A DNA stretch of 60,631 nucleotides, the filler included, from Sphacelaria rigidula (lineage: Eukaryota), in NCBI GenBank assembly GCA_964200075.2. It is 8 parts of 8 records of this genome, joined end to end, with 100 filler letters (N's around TTAATTAATTAA, not from the genome) between each part and the next. Parts side by side here need not be neighbours in the genome. Positions count along the whole stretch, not along the records: positions 7,593 to 15,084 come from CAXNAA020014680.1; positions 15,185 to 22,676 come from CAXNAA020014681.1; positions 22,777 to 30,267 come from CAXNAA020014682.1; 5 more parts are not named here. One strand, 5' to 3'. The first letter of the stretch is position 1. Each line of letters begins with the position of its first letter. The position numbers were made by a program, and so were the translations under genes. Shown here one piece after another: positions 11,775-24,020 of this stretch. The notes under the pieces were generated by a model. It was given only the letters and a program-made list of their open reading frames with translations, had not been told where the DNA came from and made no database searches.

Positions 11775-12090
11775 AGGGTGGACCCAGAACGTGCAGCAGA
11801 GGCCGTAGAAGCGGTACGCAGCGGTCGCATGACCTTCTGTGCTGCAGCACAGACCTTTGGCATCTCCGTTGGTTCGCTGCAGAAGTGTGTCAGTGGTAGC
11901 GTGGGCATAGCTGGCAGGGTTGGCCGGGTACTGTTCTGTCGAAGGAGGAAGAAAACTCCATCGAAGGTATACTGAAATCTGCCGCAGCTCGTCCACAGAT
12001 GGAGCACTGACGAGACAGGTGCTCTACTGTCTGTCAAGAGTCGTTCCATATATGTGATACAACGCATGTGTCAAGAGCTAGAGCGAGCGC
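11775..12090 (+). mobile_element. pogo/Tc1-mariner-like transposase relic, internally deleted
   Basis: HTH_psq-like AAEAVEAVRSGRMTFCAAAQTFGISVGSLQKCVSG..GTVLSKEEENSI fused directly to WSTDETG (first DDE aspartate motif). Confidence 0.8.
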
Positions 12091-12269
12091 GTGTCTAGAA
12101 CTAGACCGAGGACATTCAAGATATTTTCCTTTAGCACAAACGTTTACGCATCGCAAAGCATCACAATGCCTCACAATGCATCACTTTCCGGCACCCAAGA
12201 GAGAAAAGAGTCAATTCGGGGATAAAATTGGCCTGTCCCCGGTTTTTCGGGAAAATTGGAGCATTCTTC

Positions 12270-13330
12270 TCCGTGTTTGGCAAAGTCCAACTCGACGAAC
12301 ACGTTCGTAGAGCTCTATGCTTTCTGTTTCTTTAGAGCTACCCAACCAAGTAGAAGTGTAGTAGTCAGCATCAGAAGTTTTCAGAATTCGTAGTTCTTGT
12401 AGTTCTTGAGTTTTTTTCGAGTACAATTCTTCATTACTATTTGAAAGTGCTAGCATCGGTAGATTTAGGGAAAAGGGTAGACCGCGCTCAAACTGCAGTG
12501 CCCAAGTTGGTGTTTTGGGGGCGATACGGACTAGATACCCCGTTTATCAGGAGGGTGTTATACTGACCGTGAATGGTCCAATTAAAATAGTTTTTCGGCT
12601 CTTCCGCAACGAAACGGCAAATATTCAGATAAATAGATACGTATTATACAATTCTTCACAATAACGATCGAGATCGTGTTTCCCTCCTATACTGCACAGA
12701 CCTCAGTCAAGCATTTTCTGCGGACGGTCATTTTTCGTTTTTTTTCGCATACATTTCCCATGAGCACTCAAAAGTGCTCGTCGATAGTTTCGTAAAAATG
12801 AGCAGACCGTGCTCAAATCACGATGCCCAAGTTGGTGTCGTGGGGCGATACGGAGTAAAGACCTCGTTTACCAGGAGGTTGTTATTGACCGTGAATGGTC
12901 CGAGAAACATGATTTCACGGCTATAGCGCAGTGAATAGGTGGAATTTCAAATACGTAGTCTTTTTTCAGTCTTAACTTATATTATCGGGATCGAGTCGGT
13001 CCACCGAAAAAAACGCAAATCTATAATCTGGGGTTGTAATTTCGCAGGACCCCGAAGATCGGTCAAGCCCGTAAGTCACTCAATATTGATCGCCGATATT
13101 TTTTCTTGCAATATTTGTCAAGAAAAGCAAAATATCTCCAGATTGCCATTTTTTGGCATCCAACAGTCACTATGATAAGCGGTGGCGAGCGAAAACATTT
13201 TGAAAAATCTTTGAGAAACTAAGAAATTACGAATTCTGCATACTTCTGACGCTGACTACTGTAGTTTCGACATATTTCTCGCAAAAGTTTGGTGCTCGAC
13301 GGATGTGACCGAGTTGGAATGAAACACGTT
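12270..13330. mobile_element. Non-coding foldback/MITE-like element with internal direct repeats
   Basis: Inverted arms at 12350-12410 and 13210-13270 (AGTAGTCAGCATCAGAAGT, 18/19 match). Internal ~120-bp direct repeats at 12478-12600 and 12803-12922. Confidence 0.65.
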
Positions 13331-13799
13331 TGCTGCCCCCCCGCCCCCCACAAATTCTCGCCAAGACCGACAGTGACTACGAGAACGGCAGACGTAGCTC
13401 GCAGACAGTAGCGAGCACGGAACAGAGCAAGTCAAGCAGCGAAAAAATCGAAGAATCTTCCTCGGCGATGACCTTCCACGCTCTGGTCCATTGCGGAGTA
13501 ACATCTATGGCGAAGATATCCACGAGTGACGGGTGAGGGCCGGGGGGGAGGGAGGGTCTGGGCACGGTACGGAGTAGAACGTCGAGTATCGGGTGGTACG
13601 CACAGTACTGGCACCACCTCGAACCGCGGTACTTGCAACACCTCTACAGACAGTATAAGCAGGACCTCTGTAGAGAGTAAGGACAATCAGCAGAACACGC
13701 CGAGACAGCAATGAGCAGGCAAACGCGAAGTGCTTTGTCGGGGAAGAATGCGGCGAAAATAATTCCGTTTCAAACGCAGCATAATTGAGAGCAGACGAA

Positions 13800-14318
13800 C
13801 ATCACTCCGCAGCAACAGCCCCTTGCTCTAGCTCTAGACACATGCGTTGTATCACATAAACGGAACGGATCTTCATAGAGGGTAAAGCATCTGTCTTGTC
13901 AGTGTTCCATCTGTGGTCGGTTGCTGGCTTCTCCTTGTCCACGTAGTCCTCACAGGCTGCATACAACGCCGGCATGCGATCTTCGCCGGCGCGCCACCCT
14001 GTCGGCCTTGTAGATGCGGTTGCTGCGCTCACCTAGCCGCGGGTGCCCCCGAAGGAACAAGTCGAGCGATTTTTAAACTGAGTCTGCTGTCTGGTCTTAT
14101 GGCACCGGTCGGTTGTCGCTCCAGAGTGCCATAATCGCCTGTTTCAGGCCATCTCTATCCAGCCTGTTGACGAGCTGAGGCAGATTTCAGTATACCTTCG
14201 ATGGAATTTTCTTCCTCCCTCGACAGTACAGTACCCGGGCCAACCCTGCCAGCTATGCCCACGCTACCACTGACACGCTTCTCCAGCGAACCAACGGAGA
14301 TGCCAAAGGTCTGTGCAG
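13800..14318 (-). mobile_element. pogo-like transposase relic, second copy, inverted
   Basis: AQTFGISVGSLEKRVSGSVGIAGRVGPGTVLSREEENSI..LFLRGHPRLGERS (CENP-B-type HTH)..HRWNTDKTD. Closely similar to 11845-12085 outside the segment deleted there. Confidence 0.82.
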
Positions 14319-15000
14319 TAGAGCACTACCAAAAACTAGGAACATCAACGACTAACAAAACTATCGACACGAAATTCGAGAAAAAGACCAACGCGTGGGC
14401 AGGGGCAAACGTAGTGGCATCAAAACACGAAAATGGTGGTTCAAAAGAATTGCAGAAAGAGTTCACAAGAGAGGAGGTAATGGAGTGTGTAGTTAAACTC
14501 AAAAACAGAAAGGCAGAAGGGGCAAACAGAACAGTGAACGGTTTCTCAAAGTATGAGGGAGAGGGAATGACAACATGATGGTCGTGGAGGACAATTGGAT
14601 ACGTGGGAAAACGAGTACACAGCCAAGAGGTGGAGAGAAGAAGGTGTAGTAGTAAAATTTTCCAACAAAGGAGATACGGCTGACCCCGGGAATTACGGAG
14701 GGGTAACGGTACTGAGTACCGTAGGGAAAACATTCTGGAAGATTCTGAAGGATAGAATGGGAACAGTGCTAAAAAAAAGGGAGAACAATCAACGAGGGGC
14801 AAGCGAGCTTCAGACCAAAGCGTAACTGCGTAGACGACGGGTGCACATGAGGTGAGGTTATTCAACGTAGGGAAGACTCTAGACTAACAACGTGCTATTT
14901 CTTGATAGACATACTGGAGGCCTGTGACACGCCATGGAGAATTGGGCCGTGGAAACAGTTGTGGGTAGTTGGGATCAGAGGAAATATATGGAGAGTGAAA
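14318..15000 (+). mobile_element. LINE RT N-terminal fragment, decayed
   Basis: VEHYQKLG..EFTREEVMECVVKLKNRKAEG..KGDTADPGNYGGVTVLSTVGK..ASFRPKRNCVD..TTCYFLID. Same family as 3483-4026. Confidence 0.88.
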
Positions 15001-16627
15001 ACAATGAACAACAAATAACAACAAATTGTGAGAATTGAGGTTTAACTTCGAGATGAGGCTCAAGCCTAAAACAGTGCTTTCCCCNNNNNNNNNNNNNNNN
15101 NNNNNNNNNNNNNNNNNNNNNNNNNNNNTTAATTAATTAANNNNNNNNNNNNNNNNNNNNNNNNNNNNNNNNNNNNNNNNNNNNGTGCTCCTTGCACTCT
15201 GTGACCACGGGTTCGAGAGATCAAGCTAATGTGATGGATAAAATAATAATAATAAGTATTAATAATAACAATGATTCTGATGTCCAGGGTATGAAACAAA
15301 AACGAACTAGATACATCTGGCGGGAACCGAATTCGCGTTCTTCTCGCCCTCATGGTGCTCGTTATGCCATAAGGCGAACTGGGACGCGGGGGACGTTGCC
15401 CTACTTCGGCAATATTTCCACAGGTGCATCTGATCTAGTCATCCTTTCTCTACCAACCTTTTCTGGGCTGCTCTTCGAACCCAACCTTTTCTCACGGTGG
15501 GCGCGGACCACCTACAATAGCTTCTATGTGGTCAGCGCATGCGCTACCCACAGCCTCTACAACAGCAGGCATTGCACCATCATATTCCATTTTTTCCCGT
15601 TTTTATCTTGATTACTTCCCATTCACCAGACAAAAACAACGACCAAGCACAGCGTGCCTTTTGCGGAAGTCAAATCCCGAGTCTGAACAATCTCGGCGCC
15701 AGCAGGGTAGTCGGTGTCTTCTCGGGGGAACAATCTGGCGATTGTTGTACAATATATATACCGATGAGCGGCTGGATCTAGAACATGTCCAGTTCTCGCG
15801 TGTCAAGCGCATCATGACATCGTCCAGCACCTCCCCGCCAAGGGAGAGCGCACGCGTTGTTGTGGTGGAGAGCGTACCGCTCGTGGCGATCTTAGGGGTA
15901 CTAGTCGATTGAGTGATTGTCGCACGTTAACTGATCCTCAAGGGGCTCAGTCATGGTCATTATCCATAAGATAGACGTGCTGTAACATTTTTTTGTTCGT
16001 TTTTTGTTCATTTTTTCCCCCTGCAATCGGCTGACGTAATGCGAGACAAAACGCCTTCTTAGTTAAACACCGGGATGTTGAGCACTTGCATCGAAATTCA
16101 CCCCGGAGAACGATCCCTGGCCGGTTGTGATGCACAACCGAAGATCATGCACAGCAGTATCTGTGCATTTGCTAAGCCGTTTTCGTGGGGGTACACGGTT
16201 TTCACGCTTTACGAATGGTGCACGCTAGAAGCCACGATGACGGAGTACTGCTGCGATACATATATAAACAATAACATGCAAACGAACACTGTACTCTCGT
16301 CCTGATCCGGTACTAAGATTTCGAACTACTTTGTCATTTTCCAGGCAGTCCTGACACACGTCTAAAATGTTTACACCTTGGACAATGCACGGTCAACAGT
16401 TACAATAGACAAAAAACTTACTGCGTAAAGCATAGGCCTACTGCAACTATTGTCGGCCTTGCTCTTGCACGTATGTCACATCGTGTCATCAACTCTACTG
16501 CGCCCCCCTACGTCATGTTCTACTGTATGTGTGTTTAGCGAATCAATCTATTAACCCTCTGAACGCCGGGGTAGGTCATCCATCTAGTCATGCAGGAATT
16601 GTTCAAGTGAAAAATTGCACAGGATGA

Positions 16628-16864
16628 ACAGCTCATGAGCGACCGACTTCTTACTTCTTACTAGTGTACGGATCCGGATCACGAGCTAGCTCGTTTGTGC
16701 CCTTTTCCCGTAGGTGCTCCCTGCAGCGCTGGACGCCGGGCACTCGGAGTGGCGCAAAGGTTGCGCTTCAACCTCTGAGACCCCACTGTTCTGTATTTTG
16801 TATTCTTGAGCAACGGACGTAAGAGATCTCTTCAATTGGTTTTTTGACGGAGCTCATGAGCTGT
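16628..16864. mobile_element. Small MITE-like element
   Basis: Perfect 13-bp inverted ends ACAGCTCATGAGC (16628-16640) and GCTCATGAGCTGT (16852-16864). No clear TSD. Confidence 0.45.
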
Positions 16865-17038
16865 CCGACGTGTGAAAAATAGACGCTGATGTAACAGATG
16901 ACTCATGCTCGCATCAAAAGAGATAATGGCGAGCTAGCCCAGCACTGCAAGTAATGAGAGGGAACTTCGACAGCCTGCACCTCGCGGACTCGGTTTTTTT
17001 ACACGTGCTGTACGGTGCAGTTAAGCACGGAACCACTC

Positions 17039-17043
<5 letters not shown>

Positions 17044-17072
<29 letters not shown>
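17044..17072. repeat. (CA)n microsatellite
   Basis: Direct reading. Confidence 0.95.
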
Positions 17073-17074
<2 letters not shown>

Positions 17075-17360
17075 CTACGAACGGATCTACAGGTAACAGT
17101 CAGTGCACAGGGCGGGCGTTCCCTGAACCTCGTCATGGCACCGGGATCATGACGGTGCGGCGTTTTTCACAAAAGTCTGCAGATTCTCTGCCGCCGATCA
17201 CAACCGCGGACGGATCAACTCGGGAGGAAGTTGCTCATTGTGTCGCTCTCCCCCTCCATGAGTACCGCCCCCCCCACGTGCGCCATTTTTTCCCCCCTTC
17301 CCTTTTCTTTCAGACTACTTCGTCTGTTCTACGTTTCTGTTTTCGTCATCACCTCTTCTT

Positions 17361-17856
17361 GAGGTCGCTCTCCTGATATAATAGTGAACAAAAAAAAGCT
17401 GTGTAAAAACGCTTTTTTGGTGCTTCTTCGTCGTTTCACGCCTTACAAGAGAGCTATGCGGAGTTTGACACCTTGGAATGACTTGCTGTACTCGTTTAGG
17501 CGGTTCTAGGACATCTTCGCGTTTTCCGGTGGCCCCAGTTTTTATTTTGGCCAAACAAGCATTTTTGTCCAGAGACGGTCAAGTCCGGAGACGGTCAAGT
17601 CCAGAGAAAAATAGCATCTTGTTTCTAGTTTTGACCGTTCTTGATTGTTCTTGGACAAAATTCAAGTTTGGCCAAAATGAAGGCCGCGGCCACCGGACAA
17701 CGCCAAGATGTCCGAGAACCGTCTCAACGAGTAGAGCAAGTCATTCCAAGGTGTCAAACTCCACCTAGCTCTCTTTTTAGGGCGTAAAACGACGAAGAAG
17801 GACCATAACAGCATTTCTACAGGACTTGATATTTGTTTGCTATAAGGAGCGGCCTC
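17361..17856. repeat. ~500-bp foldback (long inverted repeat)
   Basis: 17449-17534 is ~90% reverse-complementary to 17688-17773. Weaker pairing extends out to 17361/17856 and in to ~17590/17635. Confidence 0.9.
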
Positions 17857-19374
17857 CGGAAATGTTTCCGTTTTGTTTTTCATCCAGTGTACGTTCATCA
17901 TATAACCGCGACTGGACCCTTGGGGGATCAGCTCATGTGGGATATTCAACAAAGTAAACGAAATCGTCGTCGAAATGCTTCGCCTTCACCACAAAGCCGA
18001 AATGTACAGAGCGGGGGTGTTGCAGTGGGCAGAGCAATCGCGGTCGGCCTCGCCCTCTTTTTACTGATTGGCACGTTGTTTACAGACCATCCATATTGAA
18101 ACAGTCATGGAAAGGTACAGTATATACCTTCCTGTAGTCAATTCTCGATTTTTCGTATGTGCAATAGCTGCCTCACAGTCAGCCAGCTCATTGTCCCCAA
18201 ACTCAATGTACTGATGGCAAGCAAATCTGAAACTCATGCGATGTTTACGTACAACATGGCAATTTGGACAACTCAGAAGCAGGTGAGCAATACCGACAAC
18301 CTTTCACGTGAAACACACTTGCAGGAGTGTTATTCCTTTTCGATCATATGGAGGCGGTGTTTTTGAAGGATAGGGGTCAAGACAATCCGCACCTCGCATG
18401 TGATGGCGCCGAAACATGGAGGATGTGTTGATTGGTACAACAGCAAGGTATCGGAGCCGCAGCCGTGGCCGCACAAGGCGCTGAGGGCCCGGTCTGCATT
18501 GAAACGGTGGATACCATTTTCGTGTGTGTGTATTTTTTTCACCACCTCCTGTCTGATGGCAATTATAGTAGGTACAATTTCGGTGGGGCTTGCAGACCGG
18601 AACGGATCCTCCCGGCGTCATCGTCAATCATCAGGGATGAAGGCTCGCACAAAACTAGAAAAGAAGCAGCATCTAGGCCCCACCATATTTGTGAAGGTCT
18701 AGGCTGAACATTTCCCGGCCCGAAAAGCTCGATACGTTAAGGCTTCTCTCGCGCGACCACTGCGTTTTGCCATAGACCCTTCCCCACGTACCAGACAAAG
18801 GGGCAACATCCCCGTGCAGACAGTAGCAATGCTAGCGGATACTACGTCCTGGCAGTCTGGCAGCCGGCAAGGTGGTTATGGTGATGTCCTTCTAGCGATA
18901 CCAACTCACAGTGCACTGGAGCAGAGTTTGCAGGTGAATGTATTTTGGCGATTGCTTGATTGCCTCACCTGCAGTTCGCCCAGATGTTGCGGATTTTTTC
19001 ACGATCTCACAGAGTAACATGATATGTGGAAATGTACCAGACCCTGGACAAAGATTCCTAAAATCAGTACGAACACAATGATAACCGTGTACTGCGTACA
19101 GTATATAATATATATATATGCTGACTGTAATTTGTGTGATACTAGTACTTCAAGTCGGTAGCTGCAACGCTACACTTCGAGATAACAGTGTGTGAAAATC
19201 TCCACGGTGTGAAATGTTACAGGCGGCTTTCACGCCATAGCGGCTGTGTTACCATACAGCTTCGCCCAAGATACAGGCAGTCATACAGCGGCGGAGGCGG
19301 TCTTTCACTCCTGCGTGCGCCACCTGGGGCAAACGCACGCTGTAGCTGCAACACGGACAGCTTAACAAAATGTG

Positions 19375-19413
19375 GCGTAGCGATATAGCGCGTAGCGATA
19401 TAGCGCGTAGCGA
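19375..19413. repeat. 15-bp tandem repeat x2.6 (GCGTAGCGATATAGC)
   Basis: Direct reading. Confidence 0.9.
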
Positions 19414-22400
19414 GGGGTGATATCCTGCGTACACGTTGGCCGCAGGTATAAGCGGCTGCGTTCATGATGTGGCAGATGGAACAGGACAGCGCGAAATCAA
19501 TGCAGCACAGGGATGGGCTAAGGATGTGACGTCCTGCGGTGTGCTTTGTCACCCTGCACTCTGCCGCCATGTAGTGAGCAGGTAGTACCTCCCCCTAAGG
19601 CGTCACGCTGCGGTTGGTAGGCAGTGTCGAACACAGTAGCAAGCAGGTTATGTATGTACACGGATGTGTGTTTAAAGACCGATGAGCACAGAGTGGGGCC
19701 CATATCTAGAGAGCCCTGCGCCAATTTCGCCCTGTTCTAGCGTATCTAGACATCTTTTCAGCAAAAATCGCTTGCGACAAATGCTGTGACGAATCTCGTG
19801 CGCCATGCAGCTTTCTCCCACGTGGAGCATCGCCCCTGAAGCTGACAGTGCCCGCCCCTCTTCCCACGAAGATCTTCTCTTTGAGCACAAGAATATTGAA
19901 ACTGCGGAAGATGACTAGGACTGGAAAAACGTACACGTCTCCGACGCAGATGCCTCCACATTATCGAAAAGGAATAACGCTGGCAAGCGCTTGAAGGTCA
20001 AGTACCGTTTTGAGCGCGACAGCTAGTAGTGTGACGTTCGCAGCACTTCCTTCCATTATACCGCGGTCCGATAATTAGGCTCAAGAATGAAATCGCAACT
20101 CAAACGTTACAACACACAAAAATGTATCCATCAAACCTGGCGATGTGACGGCAGTGCCGTGTTTTTCTCATCGCTCGCGAGCATTGGGCTTTTGCTTTTC
20201 ATGCATTTTCCCCAAAAACTTATGCGTCTCCTTCAAAGGGGACCATTTAGAAGCGGAAACGCCGCCGAGGCCTTACACTACTCGATTCAAGTGTTAAAAA
20301 GCAGAATCCTATGAGTAGCGAGCATGATGTAACAGATAGGTTCTCTTGTTTCTTTCACCTCTTGCGAGAGATCTCGGGCTCCATTTCGTTCATGAGACAA
20401 GTTCTTGTTTTTCCACAGTCAAGGATATCAATGGTACGCACTCCTGTACATAGCTTCTTGCCCACCTGCTCCCTAGGTAGCCGGTCGCTTCGGAATGACA
20501 GTCGGGGTCGAACGCCTTGGTGGCACATGGTTTACCATATGCAACTGCCATTCGCTCTGCCCGCTCACCTAATCCGCATGTCACAACGCAGCAGCCGGCT
20601 CGCCGCAAGACGTGATTTTATCGAACAGAGCGATCGCCTCGGAAGAGATGAGCTTCATTAGCCCGCAGCACGGGGTTCCTTGTGTGCTTCATGAAGCATA
20701 CTTCACAAGTTGCTAAAACTTAGTCATTGTTTTCACCTGCTGTAAAGAGAATAAATGTAGCCTTGCGCTCGGCCAGGGTTCGAGAACGATAATCCAACAG
20801 TAGTTCAAGTGTGCTTCATCTCGTTGAATCCCCAGCAGGCCCACCACTCGAAAAATCCATGGCACCTTTCGACAGACTCGAAAATGTACCATCTTTTGAG
20901 CGCCTACTCAACACAGTATAATAGTAGTAAATCAGCACAACAGACTACGAGTATACTGTTACTAGAGAGGACCTAGGATGATCGAACAAAAGGAATTTTT
21001 GCATCCAAAATAGCAAGGCCATCTGCAACGGCAGAACGCAACCAATGAACTAAGACCGACCTCAATATTCCAGGCATGGGGATGGGGCTGTGGATGGTGC
21101 TTCTGTATCGCGCCATAGCACCAGCAGCAGTGGAAGATCGCTGCGGTGGCGGCGGTAGCCCCGGGGCAGCTGCACGACGATATTCGCCTCGCGTTCGCCT
21201 CTCCTCATCATCAGCATTGCTGGCAATCTCTTTATTGCTGTGATCACTCATCCAGAAGAACTACGGTTACGCTCAAGAACTGTTATGTATGGATAAGTCC
21301 GTACGTGGCGCGTCCAGATCGGATGTAACAATCGTTCTGCACACTGTGCTGTGTAGCATTGGCAATGCACGATCCACGGCGGACTTTCTCGCCCAAATGA
21401 ACATGCGGAGTAAACATCACCTAAACGTTTCAGACCCGCAATCTTTCCAAGACTTTCACGCTGATACGAACAATAAGTATTCATGAAAGAGATTTTATGG
21501 AAAGCTACTAAATGCTGTATCAGAATAATGCAGTATACTCCACAAGCTCACGTCCTATTCTGCAGCGGCATCCTTGCGCTATCATAGATTTATTTAGATG
21601 TATATTCAGGTGGAACTCCAACAACTGTTCTGAAGTTGATATTCACCCTGGTGATAGGGAATAACGCCTGCTCTCGCGGGACTGTGGTATGTTGTGTTGG
21701 TGATTTCCACCAGCCCTCTGCGCTCTCTCAGTGAATATCTGAGCTGCGTGTAATGGCTGCATTCGGCTTGGAGCTGGACGGGCCTCTTCTGCCCAATATT
21801 GATTCGTTTATAAATCCAACAAAGGATGAAGATGCTCACAGAAGCGCTCTCAATGCCGTGGTGAGTACCCCGCGGTCGCTGTACTTCATGTTCCTAACTT
21901 AGACGATAGACGGCCAGTACTGACCGTCCTTCTAAAATCCGTATATCATGGAAGCGGTGCAGCGTGCTCGGGCTGCAGCATGTTGATGCCTCCCTCTGCA
22001 CCTCATGTACATATAATGTATTCAATGTTCGAGATACTTCTGTACTGATTGTACTGCACTGCAGCGTTATTGCTGGGGTGGTTGTCCTGTTGTGGCTACC
22101 GTTCAAATTTCAAATTTTGGAATACGATACTTTACTGTACTTGATGACGGATCATACGGCACATGCCTTGTGTTCAACCGCCGATATGTGTATGGACGAC
22201 AACGCATGCCTACGCAACAGTATTAGAAAGAATGCTGGAGTCTCGCAATTTAGTGGAGTACCTAAGTTCGACAAGACATAGGTGCTAGTACCTCAGTACA
22301 GTGGACACAGCAACATCTAATGTCATTCGTGTATGCGAACATCACGACATGTCGTAAATGACGTTATATAACACCCCTGATGACAAATTATTTACTTTGA

Positions 22401-22610
22401 CGTTAGTCTAGGAAAAGTATATCTTGGTGCTTTTCGCCCTCACAAGGAACTATATTCAGAATCGAATACACAAAATAAAAAAATGTGCCCCTAACATTAT
22501 TTGCGCTCGGAGTTCTTGAGACACATCAAGCGGGGATATGTACTGCACCCGTTGTTGTTGTTGTTGTGGTTTGTCATCCCGCCTTTTCTGGACGGCAGTC
22601 TATGCCGGTC

Positions 22611-22676
22611 GCCCCGGTGGCTCAGTCGGTAATCCCGTAACCTTCTGATGGTTGAGTAGGGGGGTTTGATTCCCGG
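22611..22676 (+). repeat. tRNA-derived sequence (SINE head or tRNA pseudogene), truncated at contig end
   Basis: GCCCCGG acceptor-like 5' arm, A-box TGGCTCAGTCGG and B-box-like GGTTTGATTCCC. The anticodon arm is not canonical. Confidence 0.65.
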
Positions 22677-22776
22677 NNNNNNNNNNNNNNNNNNNNNNNN
22701 NNNNNNNNNNNNNNNNNNNNTTAATTAATTAANNNNNNNNNNNNNNNNNNNNNNNNNNNNNNNNNNNNNNNNNNNN

Positions 22777-22841
22777 GGGATGCGAGGTCAATGGTCTGAT
22801 GACTATGGCATGCATGATCATGAGTACACCCCCTTCCCCCC
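22777..22841 (+). repeat. C-tailed 3' module at contig start
   Basis: GGGATGCGAGGTCAATGGTCTGATGACTATGGCATGCATGATCATGAGTAC-C-rich matches 30132-30188 and 37743-37809. Confidence 0.85.
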
Positions 22842-24020
22842 TAGCGAAATCCCTTGATGCCTCTGGACTGTTGGGCGACGAAACTGTTCCGAGGCGTAGC
22901 TCGGAAGTTTAAACAAAAGATACCTTTTCTCCGGACACTGAGTCAGCCGGTCGCTGATGATACGGGTGGTGCTCGCTTCACCTCTACAAAACATTTACAG
23001 ACGCCGTGTAGGAAATCTTACTATACGAAGACCTCAGTTTTGATTCCGACTGTAGAGCCCCACAAGTGTATGGGTGGAGGATGGGGAGTGCTAAATCTAC
23101 TACAATGAAAAACGGATCTCATCTTGTACCCTCCCTTCATCGTTGTGAATGAGCAACTGGTTGCACATGCACCCGTAGGCTCTTCTCTCCTTACAACGCA
23201 GGATGCTATAGAACCCCAAAGACAAAACAGTTACCAGATGAAGTAATCGAGGATGGGGACGGAAATGTGTGAAGAACAAGGGGAGTGTGAAGGACAAGGG
23301 GAGTGTGAAAATCTAGTGACTACTGAACCGTACCAAGCTACATCACAAAGCTTTGGGCAACAGTAAGCAACGGTCATGGTGTAAGCATGTGAGCATGATC
23401 ATAGCTGGTACGAGCCTCGATCCAGCACTGTACTACTGCTTTACGAAGTCAAGTGCAGGGAAACCTGGTACCGTATACCGCTCCTTGCTGTGTGATACTA
23501 TGGACGGTGCTTACCATGTCACATGAAAGTCAGGGGTCAGCCACCGCATAGAGTTTTCTCCAGAAAAATTCCTCACTTGAACAAAGCTGCTGCGCTGTAA
23601 TTGTGAGGTGATCCACGCTAAGCAGGGCGGGACATGTAATGGTATCCGGTATTCTCCCCCGACCGTTGACCCGCAGAAAATGTAACGGTAATTATTCGAA
23701 CCGACAGAGGTTAGCCCGCCAACGGGCGCATTCTTCTCGTTAGCCAAGTACGGCGGCGGATCAGGTTAGCCTCAACGTCCATCCACATTATGGGCTTTAT
23801 GTTTTTGGACAGAAGCTATCGCAAGTTGACACGACAGCTTTTCTCAGTTAGATGCGGGAGATTGTGGAGGTGCCGATTACGAATCGACAGCACCGCCGTG
23901 CTGTTATACAGACATCCATTCACGGCTGTTATGGCAGGGTCTGCGATGTACCTGACGGCATGCACACGAAGGACCAGCACTAACTGTTTGTCATCGTATA
24001 CTGTAGCACACTAGGGCTTG

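Noticed and set aside
15185-22600. Host gene in contig 3 (exon-like segments near 15790-15900, 16713-16759, 17890-18100, 21730-21860)
   Set aside because: Could not build a phase-consistent model or recognise a domain.
22611-22676. Functional tRNA gene
   Set aside because: The anticodon arm does not fold convincingly, the T-loop is TTTGA rather than TTCGA, and the 3' end is truncated.
22611-22841. tRNA head plus C-tailed module as one SINE spanning the gap
   Set aside because: The two halves are on different size-sorted contigs, so adjacency is not evidence.
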